55,241 bases of DNA from Catajapyx aquilonaris (GCA_000934665.2 KZ538672.1:1-55241), one strand, 5' to 3'. Shown: positions 10,672 through 24,391, counted from the stretch's first letter. Program-made: numbers and translations. The notes: generated by a model not told the origin, from the sequence alone.

Positions 10672-12984
10672 GTACGGGAAACTGCCCCGGGCAAGGTGCC
10701 AGGGAATTTGCACCGTTGCCTTTCTTCCCCCCCGTGCCGCTCTCGATGCCATGCTGGCCGCCCCTGAGTCGGGCAATGTTGACCCCGACCCTCTCCAGAG
10801 GGGGCGGTTGACAAACGTAGAGAGATGCATGCGCCGACACACCGATAGGCGACGGTGTCCTTTGACTGGGTCCTTCCGAGTTGATATGGCAGCTGGTGCT
10901 GGGAGGCGGGGCAGTGTGGAGAGGAACGGGCTGGGGGAGGGAGGGGAGAGGGGGGTAGAGCAGGCAGAGTTGGTTCGTAACTGTGCCATGTGTGTTGTTG
11001 ACAGTGTGACTTGTTGCAGCTGGTGCGGAGGTTTCGGTTCAATGTGCTGGTGCGTGCTTGCCTGGACTGCATATTCGCAAGTGAGGCATGTCCAGGTGGG
11101 GGTGACCGACCGACCGGTACGGTAGTGTACGGTGCACCTGTGACTACACACTTTCCGGCGCTGCAGATTATTAGAACGAGTGTAAACACGGTGGATATTT
11201 CGGCGGCGCTGGAGATTCGACCGGCCAGCGTGAGTACAGTAATGTCTGGACACATGTTAGTAATTCTGGGAACGTTGACATCGGGAGATTCCATTTTATT
11301 GTCATACGGTATCAATATTGGCTTGTTACAAGCAATATTCTTCAATGTAATAATTGAGGAGGGTGCGCGTAGTGTCACGAGCCCGTCCAATATTCGCGAA
11401 GATTGCCAAAATAATTGGAAGAGCGCTGGTGGACGTTCATCAGGAAATTATGGCCATTACTGAAGGGTCGAGGACCCAACAAGCCTATCATGTCATTAAG
11501 ATTATGTAAGAAGTGGGTCGGGAGTAATCCGCCATCTAATAAACTGCGAGGAAAAGGTGGTGATGCTGATGACAATGTGATGCCAAGTAATCAATATTAT
11601 TCAGATGGCTACGGTTATAACAATAATTTTGGAAATTAGTGACACGTGTTGGCTCGACAGCCGCAGTGAGATTTTTGATCACTTGGAAAATGTTTGTTCA
11701 TCTCGTAGACAGTCAGAAAAATCCATCCCATACGTACTGCTCCAAACGTGAAAACTTCTTGAGGGAAACCCATGCAGCACTCACTTGTGTGACATTTGGA
11801 CCAGGCATTTTAGTGTAAATCATGCTCATTGGACCTCTTCGAATGCTTTGAAGGTTGGGTATGCAGACGCGTAGGTATTCTGCCTGGCATCCAGTAATAT
11901 TTTGTAAGAAAGAACAGGTTTCGGTTACGTTCCAAAGGAGTATTTGGCAACGTTCGGCCTTCCCGTCTGTTTTCTTCCTCAGCCACATGGATGGAATGCA
12001 TGGCAGTTGGAGGTGGCCAGCCTGTCAGAGCCTGGACCGGGCTACTATGCTGGCCGATCCATCCATTGATGCCGCGATTCTACCTGAAACCTACGCTTAG
12101 GTTGCCGACAAAGGGGATGGATCGAGGTTACCCGGGCCACCTGCATTGTGTCGACACTGCATGGATGGAAAGCCGGATTCATTCAGCTATTGTGGGCTCG
12201 GGTTTCATCAGGCGGTGTCTACCACTCTTACATTGTACTCGAATTTGGTGGATTCCAGGATGAATGTCACGGGGAAACAGCTTCATTTTGCGACATTGAG
12301 TACCGATGATATTAGCCGAAATCGGAAATTCAATATGTGAGTGTTCCAAGTTGACAAAGATTACTCCCTGTGAACTTGTCCATGATTTCTTCTTGCACAT
12401 ATAGATTAAAGCTATTATTTTAATAAAATCTTCATTATGATTTCACTGCCGACCGTGGCATGGCCGTATCATATCCTGGGGAACACGCAGTATAATTAAG
12501 TGGGAAATGCTATTGAAATAGCGCTGTAGAGGCGCTGCATTGTAGCTAATTTAAAGGAAACTATCATCTGGGCTAATAAGGAAGTGATTGTAAAGGGTGC
12601 TGCAAAATTTTTTGTCTGGCGGTAAACATGCTGACAGAATGGTTCTCTCAATTTTCTGATTGGCAAGATTAAATGCCGAACTGATTTGGAGCCTGTTCAT
12701 TGACCAGTCATGCCCCATTCATTACTGCAACAGTGGCTTCATTCAAGTTTTTTTTTCGGTTGATCTCCATACGTTTTCAAGTGTTTTAATTGGTCAATTT
12801 TCTTCCTGTTTTCCATTATCAATTGAATTTTTCTGGAATATATTCCTCTGTAAAGTTCTTAATTACCATTCGGAATTGAATGGTGTCTGTCGCGTCTTTT
12901 TTATATAAATATGATTACATTGAGGCCTTGCATTTAGAAAAAATATCACTTGCGCAGAGTAAAAGGGGCGAATAAATTATTTAA

Positions 12985-13475
12985 AGGATTGGTTCCAGGA
13001 TCCTTATCGGACCGTATTGCGATAATTTTAGTAATATTGTTCCTAATAATAATAATATATGGGAAAATGAAGCTCCGTTTTTCCTAATTAGTTCCCCAAC
13101 TGAGAAATCTGCTGGATTTGAAAATCACGATTTTTCTAATTTTTTCCACTTCGTATGGCCCCAGAAAGCATTGGAGATTTAGGTTATTTTTCTTGCAATG
13201 TCAGAAAGTATTGATTGTTTAAGAGTTTCATACTGATCGCTGAAACTGGCAGCAATTTAGTTAATGCATTTGTGAATTACTGATCTTCCATTCGCCATTG
13301 TATTGACCCATTTTGGGGATTCTCACATAGTGCGCCCAGGGTTTCACAATCATTTATTTTGTTAAATATTAATTTTTGTGAGCAATAAGCAACTCGAAAA
13401 ATTAATCATTCTATAATATAGCCAGAATATATTTAAAAAATTGCCGCGATCCGTGCCGACCTATCCCTTCTTTCA
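12985..13475. mobile_element. Degenerate TIR element; related inverted fragment at about 18440-18680
   Basis: TCGGACCGTATTGCGATAATTTT pairs imperfectly with AAAATTGCCGCGATCCGTGCCGA. Similar sequence appears on the opposite strand at 18.5 kb. Confidence 0.45.
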
Positions 13476-13841
13476 CATACCCTTGGTACATGACAATGAT
13501 AGGTGAAGCTGACATGCGCATGTTTTTACGTGAACAACAAATTATAGAAATATTTCGACGAATCCATCTTCGCCGAGCTTTTCGTGAACCAAATTTTTTG
13601 TCACTGAAATGATGTGAGGTTCGTTGCAAAGGCGAAGAAAGAGAAGGTCATGTCGCGCACCCTGTTATAGGAGTGCTTGAAGCTGGCTGCAAGACTGTTT
13701 ACGCACACTTTGCCAGCGGTAGGTAATGAGAAAAAGTAGGGTCATCCTCGGGGTCATCGCCAAGAATGCGAGTGTTGCGTCGAGGAGAACTGATAAGCAG
13801 CTAAGTAAGAGTCAAAACAGTATTTGTCGAAGCACATAACC

Positions 13842-14059
13842 CAGCGGTTCTCAACCTTTGCTACATCGGGGCCCTCTGGAAAGTAATTTCTGATATCCTC
13901 CCCCAAACCCAAGAAGCCCGCCTCAGGCGGAAATCTTTTGGGGGTTGGAGGTCACACAAGCTTAGGTGAATGTAATATTGACAAAGTACAATGGAATCCT
14001 CCTACTGTAAGCACGATCCCCCCCCCCCCCCCCCCNCCCCCACCAGTTGAGAACCGCTG
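13842..14059. mobile_element. hAT-type MITE (short member of the 51076-51551 family)
   Basis: TIR CAGCGGTTCTCAAC, TSD ACATAACC/ATATAACC, internal similarity to 51076-51551. Confidence 0.85.
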
Positions 14060-17000
14060 ATATAACCTAAGTATAAGAAACTAGATACAGTACACTAGTA
14101 CAGTACATAAAGTACTAGAGGAAAGTTTATATCTACAGCCTTGCAAAGATGGGCATTAGGTATTAGTACCGGTACTTAAGGATGAACTCGTGAATATACA
14201 GGTAGTTCTGCACAAAATTTTAGTTTAAAAAACTACTCTGGCACCTCTCTGTCAACCAATTAAAAATAAGGAGAGGGGGAAATCGGAAAAGGTATAATTT
14301 TTCCTCGTCTTGGGTTTCCGGGCTTGGAGACTGGACATTATGAGGACATCCCATCCTTTTTTGCAGAAAACACGAGCTGCCTTTTGGTCCCTTTTAAGCA
14401 ACGAAACGGAAGCCACAGGGCAATATACTGATCTAATTTGGATGGGTCGTCGGCTCACATACAGTACATCAGAGCCCTATATACATAATGCTCGGTGTGG
14501 AAATCGCAATTATAGTACCCGGATGTTTCGAATGATCAAGAAGCAGCTGTAGCCACCTGTCTTCCTTCAAAATATTACGAGGTATTTAAACAGGTAGATG
14601 CTCACCACTTCCGTGTGTCCAATTAGTCTCCATTATGAATTAGTCGCTATTGTTTTCTTCCGGTGGTTCCAAGAAGCTGTGCGATTATTACGTGGCTGTA
14701 AACACAGCGGGCCGTAAAGCGAGGCACAAATCATATTACAAATATGCAGATTCGACAGACCGTGTGCGAGGGAGGAAATTATTCTGTATAGTTTACACAT
14801 AACCGAGATTTTCTGGTGTGAAATATTTTTCCGCACGGAATATTTTTTTCAACTCATTTTTGGGACGGTTTTTCGGAATGAAATTAAAGTTCACCCAAGT
14901 GAATTGGAATTTGCCACTCTTGGCTGGAAGATTTGGATCCCCTGGACCATATATTCAGCTTCGGAACGATATCATTTTTTTTCTTTTTCCTATACCATAT
15001 TTCGGAAACGTTTCATAACTGGGGTGGGGTATAAAGAATGCAGCTGGTATACTGGTCTTGACTTTTGCTGGAGGGGGTTTTACCCTCGCTATTTCGTTTT
15101 TTTTTCCCTCTCTCCTTCATATTTTTGTTCGTTGGGCGCATTTGGGCCCATTCAGGCGAATTTCTGTAAATCTCGAAAACGGTTGAAGGGATCGATGACA
15201 CATTGTTTGATTGATTGCTACGAAGTTGGATAGAGCCTGACGGAAGTGGCCAGATGAAGAAGGAGTGCTGCTGGTTTTGATGACATTGACTTCGGGGAAT
15301 TCGAGTTGGAAGCTTGTGATTGGGTGGTTGAGAACTCTGGGGTTCTCCGTATTGATGCAGGTTCACCAGAAAATATACGGGATAAGCGGGTGGATTTGGA
15401 GATTGAGGTAAATGCCTGGTCTATTTTCAGGCAGATTTTTATTTATTCTTTTGTTATGTTGCAATGTCGAGGATATAGGTATTACCAGGATGCACTAATG
15501 ATTGGGGAACTCTGAGGTTTTGTAAACCCACGCAAATACTGTAGATGCTTGTCAATGAACGGACTCATTCGACAAAGTTGGCAAGGCCCACAGTACTATT
15601 GCATGATCTGTCACTATGCCAGATCGTATAATATGATATTTTGACCTTTGAACGAACTCTTTTGGGTGGTCCCTTTCACACCTGGGAGGAGAGGATGAGC
15701 ATACTTAATCATGTACCGTACTGGATAATATGACGTAGTGGTTTCCTTACTACTATCAGACTAGGCTAAGAAATATTTATTTTTCCAGAGGACAAGTATA
15801 CTATATAAAATGAGCCAACCGTCACTTACGTTTTGCAACCCCCATCCTCAAATTTCGACTTTCTGATAGTGCGCACAACACTGCTGATATCGATAGCCGA
15901 TAAATCGGAAACCCATACACTCCTCGAAAAAAAGTTATTCAGGTGGGTATGGCTATGGGATAATGGGCACTTCCTAGAACGACAGTGACTGTTTTGCAAA
16001 TTGTCCATCATTTCTTACCGATATACCGGCTGATGCATATCCTAAGCCTCCAGCACCGGCAGGAGAGTGTATATGGGGGAAGCTATGGATTGTTTACTCC
16101 AGCAGCACCCAGTTCAAAGAGAAGCAGCAATCACGACAAGTGAATCTGATTATTGCATCCAATTGGTTGCTGGGGTAAGCAGGACTTTTTCACTTACCCT
16201 CCTCATGAAATGAGGACTTTGGCAGAGCACAGCATGGCATATAGAACTGCAACTACTGCATAAACAGATCGTCAGGGAGGGCTCCTCGTGCCTCAGATTT
16301 CTCGGAATCGTCACTAGTTATATCCATCAGCGAGCGGGATCTAATCAGTAATAAACTAATCAGTAATCACCAACATTAGTTATGGTGTGTATCAAGAAAC
16401 GCAAAAAAAAAAACACAACTGCCACTTCTCCTTTTGAACATAATAAGCACATAGTATGGCATAGTGACAGTAAAATACCGTGTGTCAAAAAAAAAAAAGT
16501 TTGGTATCCAGGCGCAATACTACCATTATCACTAACTTTTTCCCCCTTTTCTTTACTTTGGGCCAGAGTTGATGGCTGGAGAAAGATGAGCTTGTCCGAA
16601 ACTTTTTATTTTTAAATTACAGTACATAATTATGGCGTGACCATTGTCACATATTGCACTACTGACGCATTCATTCGAGACAAAAAATAATAAATAAATA
16701 TCTGGTTACATTTACGAGTTGTGTTTAGGTGACTGGATTTGAGGAGTCAGGCCACGTATTTTGACTATTGAACGTTTGAAATCAAGAATGCCGCCATAGT
16801 TACATACATCAGAGGGCCATGGTTTTTTAACAGGGATGTAAGGAATATGAATGTTTTTCTCAGGCGAGACAGCAACACAAGTCAAAACAATTGAAGGGTG
16901 TGAAGAGATTGGTGCTGCAACGAACTTTATTATGTTGTCTGGTAGGGGTTGGTGGGTATTTTGTCTGTGTTTAGGGTTGGTTTGAGGTGTGGGGGGATTT

Positions 17001-20000
17001 TGTGTGTGTGTGAGGGAGGGGGAGAGAGAAGGGATTGGGAGAAGGGAGTGAAGGAGGCGCAATGGCGGGCGGCAAAACCTGTTCGGTAATTACTACGGTT
17101 GGAGACAAGAAGGAAAATTTATGGGTTGGAAGCCCCACCTCACCTGAATGCACTGCGGGTCTGAGAGGCAATGAAGGGGGTGGGGTGGGGTGGGGGGTGG
17201 GGGGCCTCTGACGGAGATGAAGATAGAGAAAGAATAAGAACAGAGAGGCACAGCAACACCTTTTGGACATGTAACATGCGGTTATGTCACGAGATGACAA
17301 CATGGATCGCTTCTCCACAGTTGCCAGCAGTTGTATTCCCACTGTAAAGGTGGCGCAAATTGTTTCAATGCGAGCGAAGGTTGTGGTCTGCACCATTTTC
17401 AAATGAAACAACGGCAACCACTGATTTGAGTAAATCTTACGACATGCGAATTATGACGTGATACCTGAAATTGTGTTAGATGTGTACGGTACAGTACTCT
17501 TATCGTGAAAAACAGACTAATGGCAGGAAATATCTTGCTGGTTAGATCTCGAGGCTACTGCGAATGAGAGATTGTCTAATGAGAAAGATATTCCGTAATA
17601 TTAACATGAGAGGACCAACAATTAATTGCCGCCGCACATCGTTGCGATTCGATACCACCTCCAGCTAAAAATTATGAACCGGTAGAGCGTTTTGGCCTTG
17701 GAAAAGGTCAAGGCATCGCCTATATGCCCATTGCGCACGTACCCACCACCCGGTGTATTGTAGTTCGAAAGCATGGAGAGATTCACTGACTCATCCTATA
17801 GTAGCCTATAGTGTAAGACACGAAGGCGGGTTCTCTGGAGACGACAGTGTATAGGGTAGTGATGACAATATGGAATTATAGAGATATTGCCATCGATTTC
17901 AGATCTGAATCAATCCAGCCCTCAAGAATAAGATTACTGCTATATGTTGCTTGTCGGGGGGGGGGGGAGGGGGGGTGCGTACGCTTTGCCAGCCCCGGTC
18001 TACTCGCATATACTATACGTCGGCATGGGCCCTTCCCAAAGCCGAGGTTGGCACTCTGTGAGTGACTACTATTTAGCATAAATTGACATCAGTGTAATTT
18101 CCCATGTAAGAAATGGTTACTTCCAAACATGACCGTCGCTTTTTTTTATATAAAAAAAGGCAGTAAATCTCCTATGTGTGTCATGTACTGTCCAATACTG
18201 TACATTCGATTGACCCATGCCTGTTCAAACCCCCCCCAGTCCTGAGGTGTTTTTTTTCTTCTTCTTCTTCCCACGTTCGAAGAACTTGCGGATTGTTTAC
18301 TCCAGCCACCAGTTTCAAGAGAAGCAACCTGTTGGAAGAAACCGATATTTTCGGGAGGAACACACGCAAACTCAATTAATATCAATTTTAGTGAACAGTA
18401 TGTCAACTCTGAAAATTGAGCATTTTACTACAATACCAGAAAAAGGATATGAAAGTTCTAAAGTGTTCCTAGCGCTTTCTGTGGGCATTTGAAGTTACAT
18501 AAAAAAACGTAATTTTCAAATCACGATTTCTCAGGTGGGGATCTAATGGGGGGGGGGGGGGNTGCTTTTACGCAAATATGCAAAGGGGCTGTTTTTTTCT
18601 GCTTCATGTAATGTTATTAGGAACAACCGCACTAAAAATTATCGCAATCCGTGCCGACACCGATCATGCAACACATCCTTTTCCATGCTAACCAGGTTTC
18701 CGATATTCCGTTATAGTGTGTTCCAATGAACGATTTTTTTTTCCCACACTAAAGCGTTTGTGATTAAGCAGTTACTCTCAGGAGTTATCAAATATTAGCT
18801 GCCGAATCCAGGTTTCGTAATAGACTGCAATTTCACTGTGTATGTCAAAAGAACATTTAGGATTTTTGAGACATGATAACGTTGGTCTATTAACACTTTG
18901 GGCGAGGGCACCGCAGGTAATGTAACAGTTTAGCCCCCCGTACTGTTTCCGTCAACATGATCGTGTGACAGACCGGATAGGAAGTCCGAGCAGCGTGCTC
19001 GTGGCAACACCGACCGGGTAGGGAGAGGGGTGAGAGAGCGGGAGGTTTTTTGGGGGGAGGTGGAGGTTCCTTCAACTCCGAAGTGGCATGGCGGCAGGGA
19101 GCGCGGCAGGGAGCGCGGCAAGGGCGGGGGAGGAGGGTGTGGGGTCGGAGTGAGGTGAGGTGGAGTAGGGGGGGGGGGGGGAGTGGGCCGCCTGCCTACC
19201 GCAAAGATGGCGAGGAGACGGAAGAAAGGGCAGGATGAAGAGGCCACTACCAAGCGGGGAGCTGCCCGACATTAGGAGAGCCGCTTGGCGGCCCACTCCA
19301 GCCCGGATCGCATTTCCTGATGAACAGCTGGCCGACAGGTACAAGCGGGGATGCTTGAATACCCAACATGTTAATTTCAAAACATGACCCCAGGCCTAGC
19401 TGGGAAAGGGGGTACTTCAGGTTGTAATGGACCACAGGTAGCACGGTAGTACATGGAAGCAACGCATGGAGTAACACTGGTCTGTGTAGTACAGAGAAAG
19501 AGGTGTTAATATTACGGTTTATAATAAGGGCTGCGTTGGGTCAATGCGCTGGTCCTTTCCACACCAACCGGAGGGATCATTCAGAGCAGGAGCTACTATG
19601 CTTCTTGGCCGTGTTGACACAGTAGCCAGGTGTTTGTGAGGAAGATTAGAGAAAATGGTATTACATTACGTATTAAATTATGGAGAAACAAGATTATGAA
19701 ACAATTGGGTAATGTGAGCAGGGCTGGTTGTTTTAGGCTTGATTTTCATGCATTAAGCAGGTGCACACATAGCAAGCCAGTAACTCCCCCGAGCATCAGG
19801 AGAGTAACCTACTGCTCATGCTCACTCGCCTCCCGAATGGGTTTCACATTATGGGGCAGACCTTTTGTTATTTGACAAGTTCTTGTGTTGAAACCAAGTG
19901 GTGTCAATCAAAAATGGATCACCATTCTTCCATTTTTCTGAGAATAAATTCGAGTCATGAATGGGCAAGGAACACAAACTCCAATAAGCTCTTTTAAAAT

Positions 20001-21351
20001 AAACCTACTGGAACTGGCAGGTGGGCTTTCAGACAGAAATGCAGAAGTCCCAGAAGTGCAACTGAACCAAAGATTTACATGGTATAAAAGCATTTGGTAA
20101 TTTTTAAGCTCCAGGATCCTGTTGAATGCCTCGCTCCGAAACTTTTCCCCCCCCTTTCACCCCGACATAACATTATTGAGAATGAGGCGATGAAAGTGCC
20201 CGAGACGAAGCGAAGCCAGCTGCCAATAGGGAGCTGAGCTTGTGCACGCACCCTGCTGGGATTGGCTCTTCGACACCAGTCGATAATGTTGGGGGCAGAC
20301 GGTCGATTTCGAGTTACTGCACATCTTGGCATTGTCATAGTCGGTGGCGTGGGAAAGACCAGTTCTGCAACATAATTTGTAGAGGCAAAGCTGTTGGCAG
20401 TGCATCATTATTTATCCAGGGTTACCTTGCTGTGCTAAAATGGGAACGGAATGGGTAAGTTCCATTGTGCCGTGAAAGAGGATCTTGGCCAGATGCTTCG
20501 TATTTGAAAACGGGTGTGACTTGTTATAAAAGACCTCAATTTTATGCCTGATAGGTTATGACAGGATCTTATGAAGCTTGGGGATAGGTTGGGTCTGTTG
20601 ACCCTCCCCCTCCCCACTTCCATACTGGCTGAGTGTATACCTGTCAAAAAGATGAAACCTCAATTATGAGGAACTTGAATAGACAATCTTCCTCTTCATT
20701 GGTTTTGGGATGGGAGGTTGGCATGCCATTCAACTAGTACCTTTATTTTTGTGCCTTTCCTCCCCTCGGTCATATTTTTTGTGCAGGCGCTCTTTTGGAA
20801 TTTGCAAAATAGTGATGAAATTTCAATGTGAAAATTCATCCACACCCAAGTATTCGGAAGGGCTACACAAAGGCATCATGGCGTCAGGAAGAAGGTACGC
20901 TTATCGATCGGCGTGCCCTGGGGGTTGCAGAGACTCCATCTTGTGTGAGGCACTCCTTGCCTGACTCGACCTTTGTTGGAGCAACTCCTTATTGCTAATC
21001 TAACTCACAGAAAGAAATACTCTCTTAGATTGTAATATATGAGAACAGGAGGATAAAACATGGGATATGCTTGTTAATTTTTGCTTTACGGTCACACATG
21101 ATTTTAGACCAGTATTCTGCAATATGTAATTGAAATATTTTTGTATGTAATGAAATTGTGTGCAACTCAGAAATTGAATATGATTTGCAAGCCTAGTTCT
21201 GCAAATTACTGATAATACTGTATCGGCTACAAACTTTTCCGGGTTTTCCATTTTCGATCTTGGTTTGGGGTAATGAATTGTGAATAAGGGACAATACACG
21301 CACATGAAGGATTGCAGCCTGTTGTTCAAATAATATGGATAGTAATACCTA

Positions 21352-21692
21352 CACTGTAAACCCCAAAACATTAAGGTATATAGTCTGGTGACCCGGGGTA
21401 GCTTGCCCCCTGCGGTAACTGGTTGTTTACTGCTATCCTTTTACATATGCTGCTATGGTGATTGCCCCCGGGCAAGCTTACCCTGGGTCACTAGACTAGG
21501 GGCCTAAAAGAGCATCACTGGTGAGTGTCTCATGGAACATCAATTTTTAATGCTCTTCTAATGCTCTTGTGATGATTCTGTGATGCTTTTTTGTTGCTAA
21601 AAAGCATTAGCAGAGCATTAGAAGCGTTTTAAAAATGGATGTTCCATGAGACTCACCAGTGATGCTCTTTTAATGTTTTGTGGTTTACAGTG
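21352..21692. mobile_element. CACTG-terminal palindromic MITE with a nested small TIR element (21381-21498)
   Basis: TA-CACTGTAAACC...GGTTTACAGTG-TA. Inner element TAGTCTGGTGACCC...GGGTCACTAGACTA. Confidence 0.75.
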
Positions 21693-22381
21693 TATTGAAA
21701 ATACATAATTTTTATAATTCAAATTAAGTTAATTTTGTGGCAAACTTATTTTGGAGGAATCATGGATTTTCATCTCCCTGCATCTGAATTATGTGATTTC
21801 TTAATAATTCTTCATGCCTGCCTCAGAAAATTACACATGCCTGAAAAGGGGGGGGAAAATGGTTTTTTACAAGAATAATTCTAACAGAGACCTAAGTAGT
21901 TTGCATTTTAACCAGGAGTTGGAAGTCCACTGCAGGAGCGATGCCATGATCTACCTCTTCTGTGACCTTTAGGATGACTCTGGGATGTGTGATTTTTAAA
22001 TGCTGTAAGGGCCTTGGTGGCTGGAAACAATTTTGATGCATGGCCAGTGTACAAGATCCAAGGAAATAGCACCCTGCTTAGGTATTTTACTTATAAGAGG
22101 AGTGTAAGTGGTAATTTCGAAATGCTACAAGTTACTTAATACTGATTGCTAGTGGGGAAAAAAGTAGCGAATTTTTGAATCAGTATCCTTTCCAAGAGAC
22201 CAACCTGTATAATCTAGCTTTTACTAATTATTATCATTGGATTTGACGTCACTGCTTCTTCACAAGTTTATAGAGGGCTGGCACAATTTTGCACCTGAAG
22301 AAGGAGAGACTGATACGTGTACTAACTTTGTCCACAGTGATAACTTTGCTGTAAAATTATTTTAAATCTAATAAAATTGAA

Positions 22382-22735
22382 GGGGGGGAGGCGTGGTGGT
22401 CAAGATGGTAACATCTCTGCTTGCTGTACAAAAGGTCCAGGGTTCGAACCCCACCTGGGAATTCCCTTTCGCCTGCGTCAGGAGGGTCTCTGACACTCGC
22501 CTTGGAGGCGTCTGGCAACCTAACCTCCAGGGAGACTGCACATGGCCCAACGTTTAAGACATTGCACCTGCACCCTTGTCTCCTCCCCAGAAATCCCCAT
22601 CCCTACCTCATGTCCTTTCTTCCCTGCACTGGTGATGAAAATTCAGAAAAATCGATTGGAAAAAAAAGGCGCTATCCCACCCCCCCCCCCCCCCCCAAAA
22701 NGGGCCCCTGTGTCACGGGGTATTAAATGAATGAA
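22382..22735 (+). mobile_element. tRNA-derived SINE (family A)
   Basis: A box GGTGGTCAAGATGG, B box GGTTCGAACCC, body similar to the 53069 copy, AT-rich tail. Confidence 0.85.
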
Positions 22736-23402
22736 TAATAAAAGTAAAGGTGGTGTCATGTTTCATTGTGTTACATTTTACATTCCTGATGAGATTTATG
22801 CAAATTGAAAAGCACAATATTGGTATGGGACATTAGCCAAAGTCTTGAGCAAGTGACAGGACTTCTTATGTCCTTCAATTAAGAGATTCATTTTCCCCTT
22901 CTTTATTGTAATAATTAATGCAGGAGCAAAAGAGAGAACTAAATTATATGCACATACAGGAAGTGCTCTTTTCTACTTGAGGGTTACCATATTTTTGCAC
23001 AGTCATAGTGCAGCATGTCAATACACAGTGGGTACACTAAAGATAGCGATTGGGGCAGAGATGAATTCCACCCAGCTTCTCCACGACTTCCACCCCACCA
23101 TTACGTGTACACTTATGTGATCTTGCCTATCCCCACTAACTTCTTCCAATATGAAAAAAATATACAGGCAGTGGTAAAACTATGCTGAACTAGACTTTTC
23201 ATGGCTATCCTTACAGTGTGCCGACTGTAAATTAGGGGTGATCAGTTAGTTGGTATACCTAAGAGGAGCTGGCCAGCTAGTGTAAAGTGGAGTAACATTG
23301 TGATTTCCTCCATCCTTGTAGTTAAATATTTTAAGCCGCCCATAGCCAGAATGAGTTGCTTCACTTAGCCGCAACATTTTGCAAGTTTTTAAAGGAATTG
23401 GA

Positions 23403-23505
23403 TGGAATTTTTGTCATACTACTAGTTACTTTTAACTTATCAGTACCAGTGTAATGCAATGGTACTGCTAAGTTAAAAGTAACTAGTAGTATGACGAAAA
23501 TTCCA
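23403..23505. mobile_element. About 100-bp palindromic MITE
   Basis: About 45-bp near-perfect arms. Partial relatives at about 49189-49248 and 45032-45087. Confidence 0.75.
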
Positions 23506-23545
23506 CCCATTGTTTCAAAATTATTGCTGACACTTCCAGGAAGAA

Positions 23546-24391
23546 TATAATAATAAATAAATAAATAAGGAAATCCCGGTAGTGCTTGGACCCCTCTTGG
23601 GGTATTGCACGGACCTTTATTTACTAGAACTTGTACAACATACACAATTGGAACCTTTGACGAAGCGCCCGGGCCCATGGGAAGGATGACAGATTGACTG
23701 GAGGGGACGTGCAAGGTGCAGTGCAATGTCTTAACCCTTAACTACGTAGGTGGGTGAAACACCTTTAACTACGTAGGTGGAGCCTGAGAGGCTCCAACGG
23801 TATATTTAAATTTCTGCTTATCAACTAAATTGTTATATTGGACTTTTCACATACTGAAAGTGCAGTTCAGATCATTAGGCTTCCGAAAACGTAAAAATCA
23901 CACGCTGAGTCAGCATATTCCGACTGGTAAAATTTTTTAATTAAAAGGTTACATCATGTGTTTGAGCCGCTCAGGATTCACCTGAGATATAGAGCCTGAG
24001 CGGTTCCAGGAGGGACCTGTTCCTCGTTACGAATTTTTTAAAACCAAACAATAGGGACTAAAAAAATTTTCTTTCCTATTCATGCTTAGGAAGATTTTTC
24101 TGACAAAGTCACGGAAGGATAGGGGAAAATAAAATTCAATGAAAAAGTTACATGTGTTTAAATAGTGCTTGGAGCCTCTCAGGCTCCACCTACGTAGTTA
24201 AGGGTTAAACGTGGCCATTTTTAGTGAACTCCCCCGGGTGGGTTAGCCTGTTGGAAATACCACCCGAGACGAAGCCAGAGGTGACCCTGAACTCTGCACG
24301 AGATGAAGGGGGTGTCCCCGGACTGGGATCGAACCTGGGACCTTAACATCCTTGGGCGCATACGTTACTGCAGCACCACTCTGCCTCCCTT
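23546..24391 (-). mobile_element. tRNA-derived SINE (family B) interrupted by a MITE
   Basis: B box GGTTCGATCCC on the - strand, homologous to 33465-33809, 14-bp TSD ACTTCCAGGAAGAA (23532-23545 and 24392-24405). Confidence 0.88.
23735..24204. mobile_element. piggyBac-like MITE
   Basis: TTAA-CCCTTAACTACGTAGGTGG ... CCACCTACGTAGTTAAGGG-TTAA. Confidence 0.9.

Larger units (their letters stand above)
10050..11250. promoter_or_regulatory. GC/CpG-rich region, probable Axin promoter or regulatory island
   Basis: Visibly high GC and CpG compared with the flanks, (GA)n and (GGC)n tracts, no recognisable TE, upstream of Axin exons. Confidence 0.5.

Noticed and set aside
10536..11390. 284-aa and 234-aa minus-strand ORFs
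   Set aside because: Overlapping long frames on both strands are expected in GC-rich DNA, and there is no recognisable domain.
16021..16070. YPKPPAPAGE as the missing Axin RPPVPGEE motif
   Set aside because: It lacks the essential Arg and Gly spacing, and I identified no supporting start or splice context.
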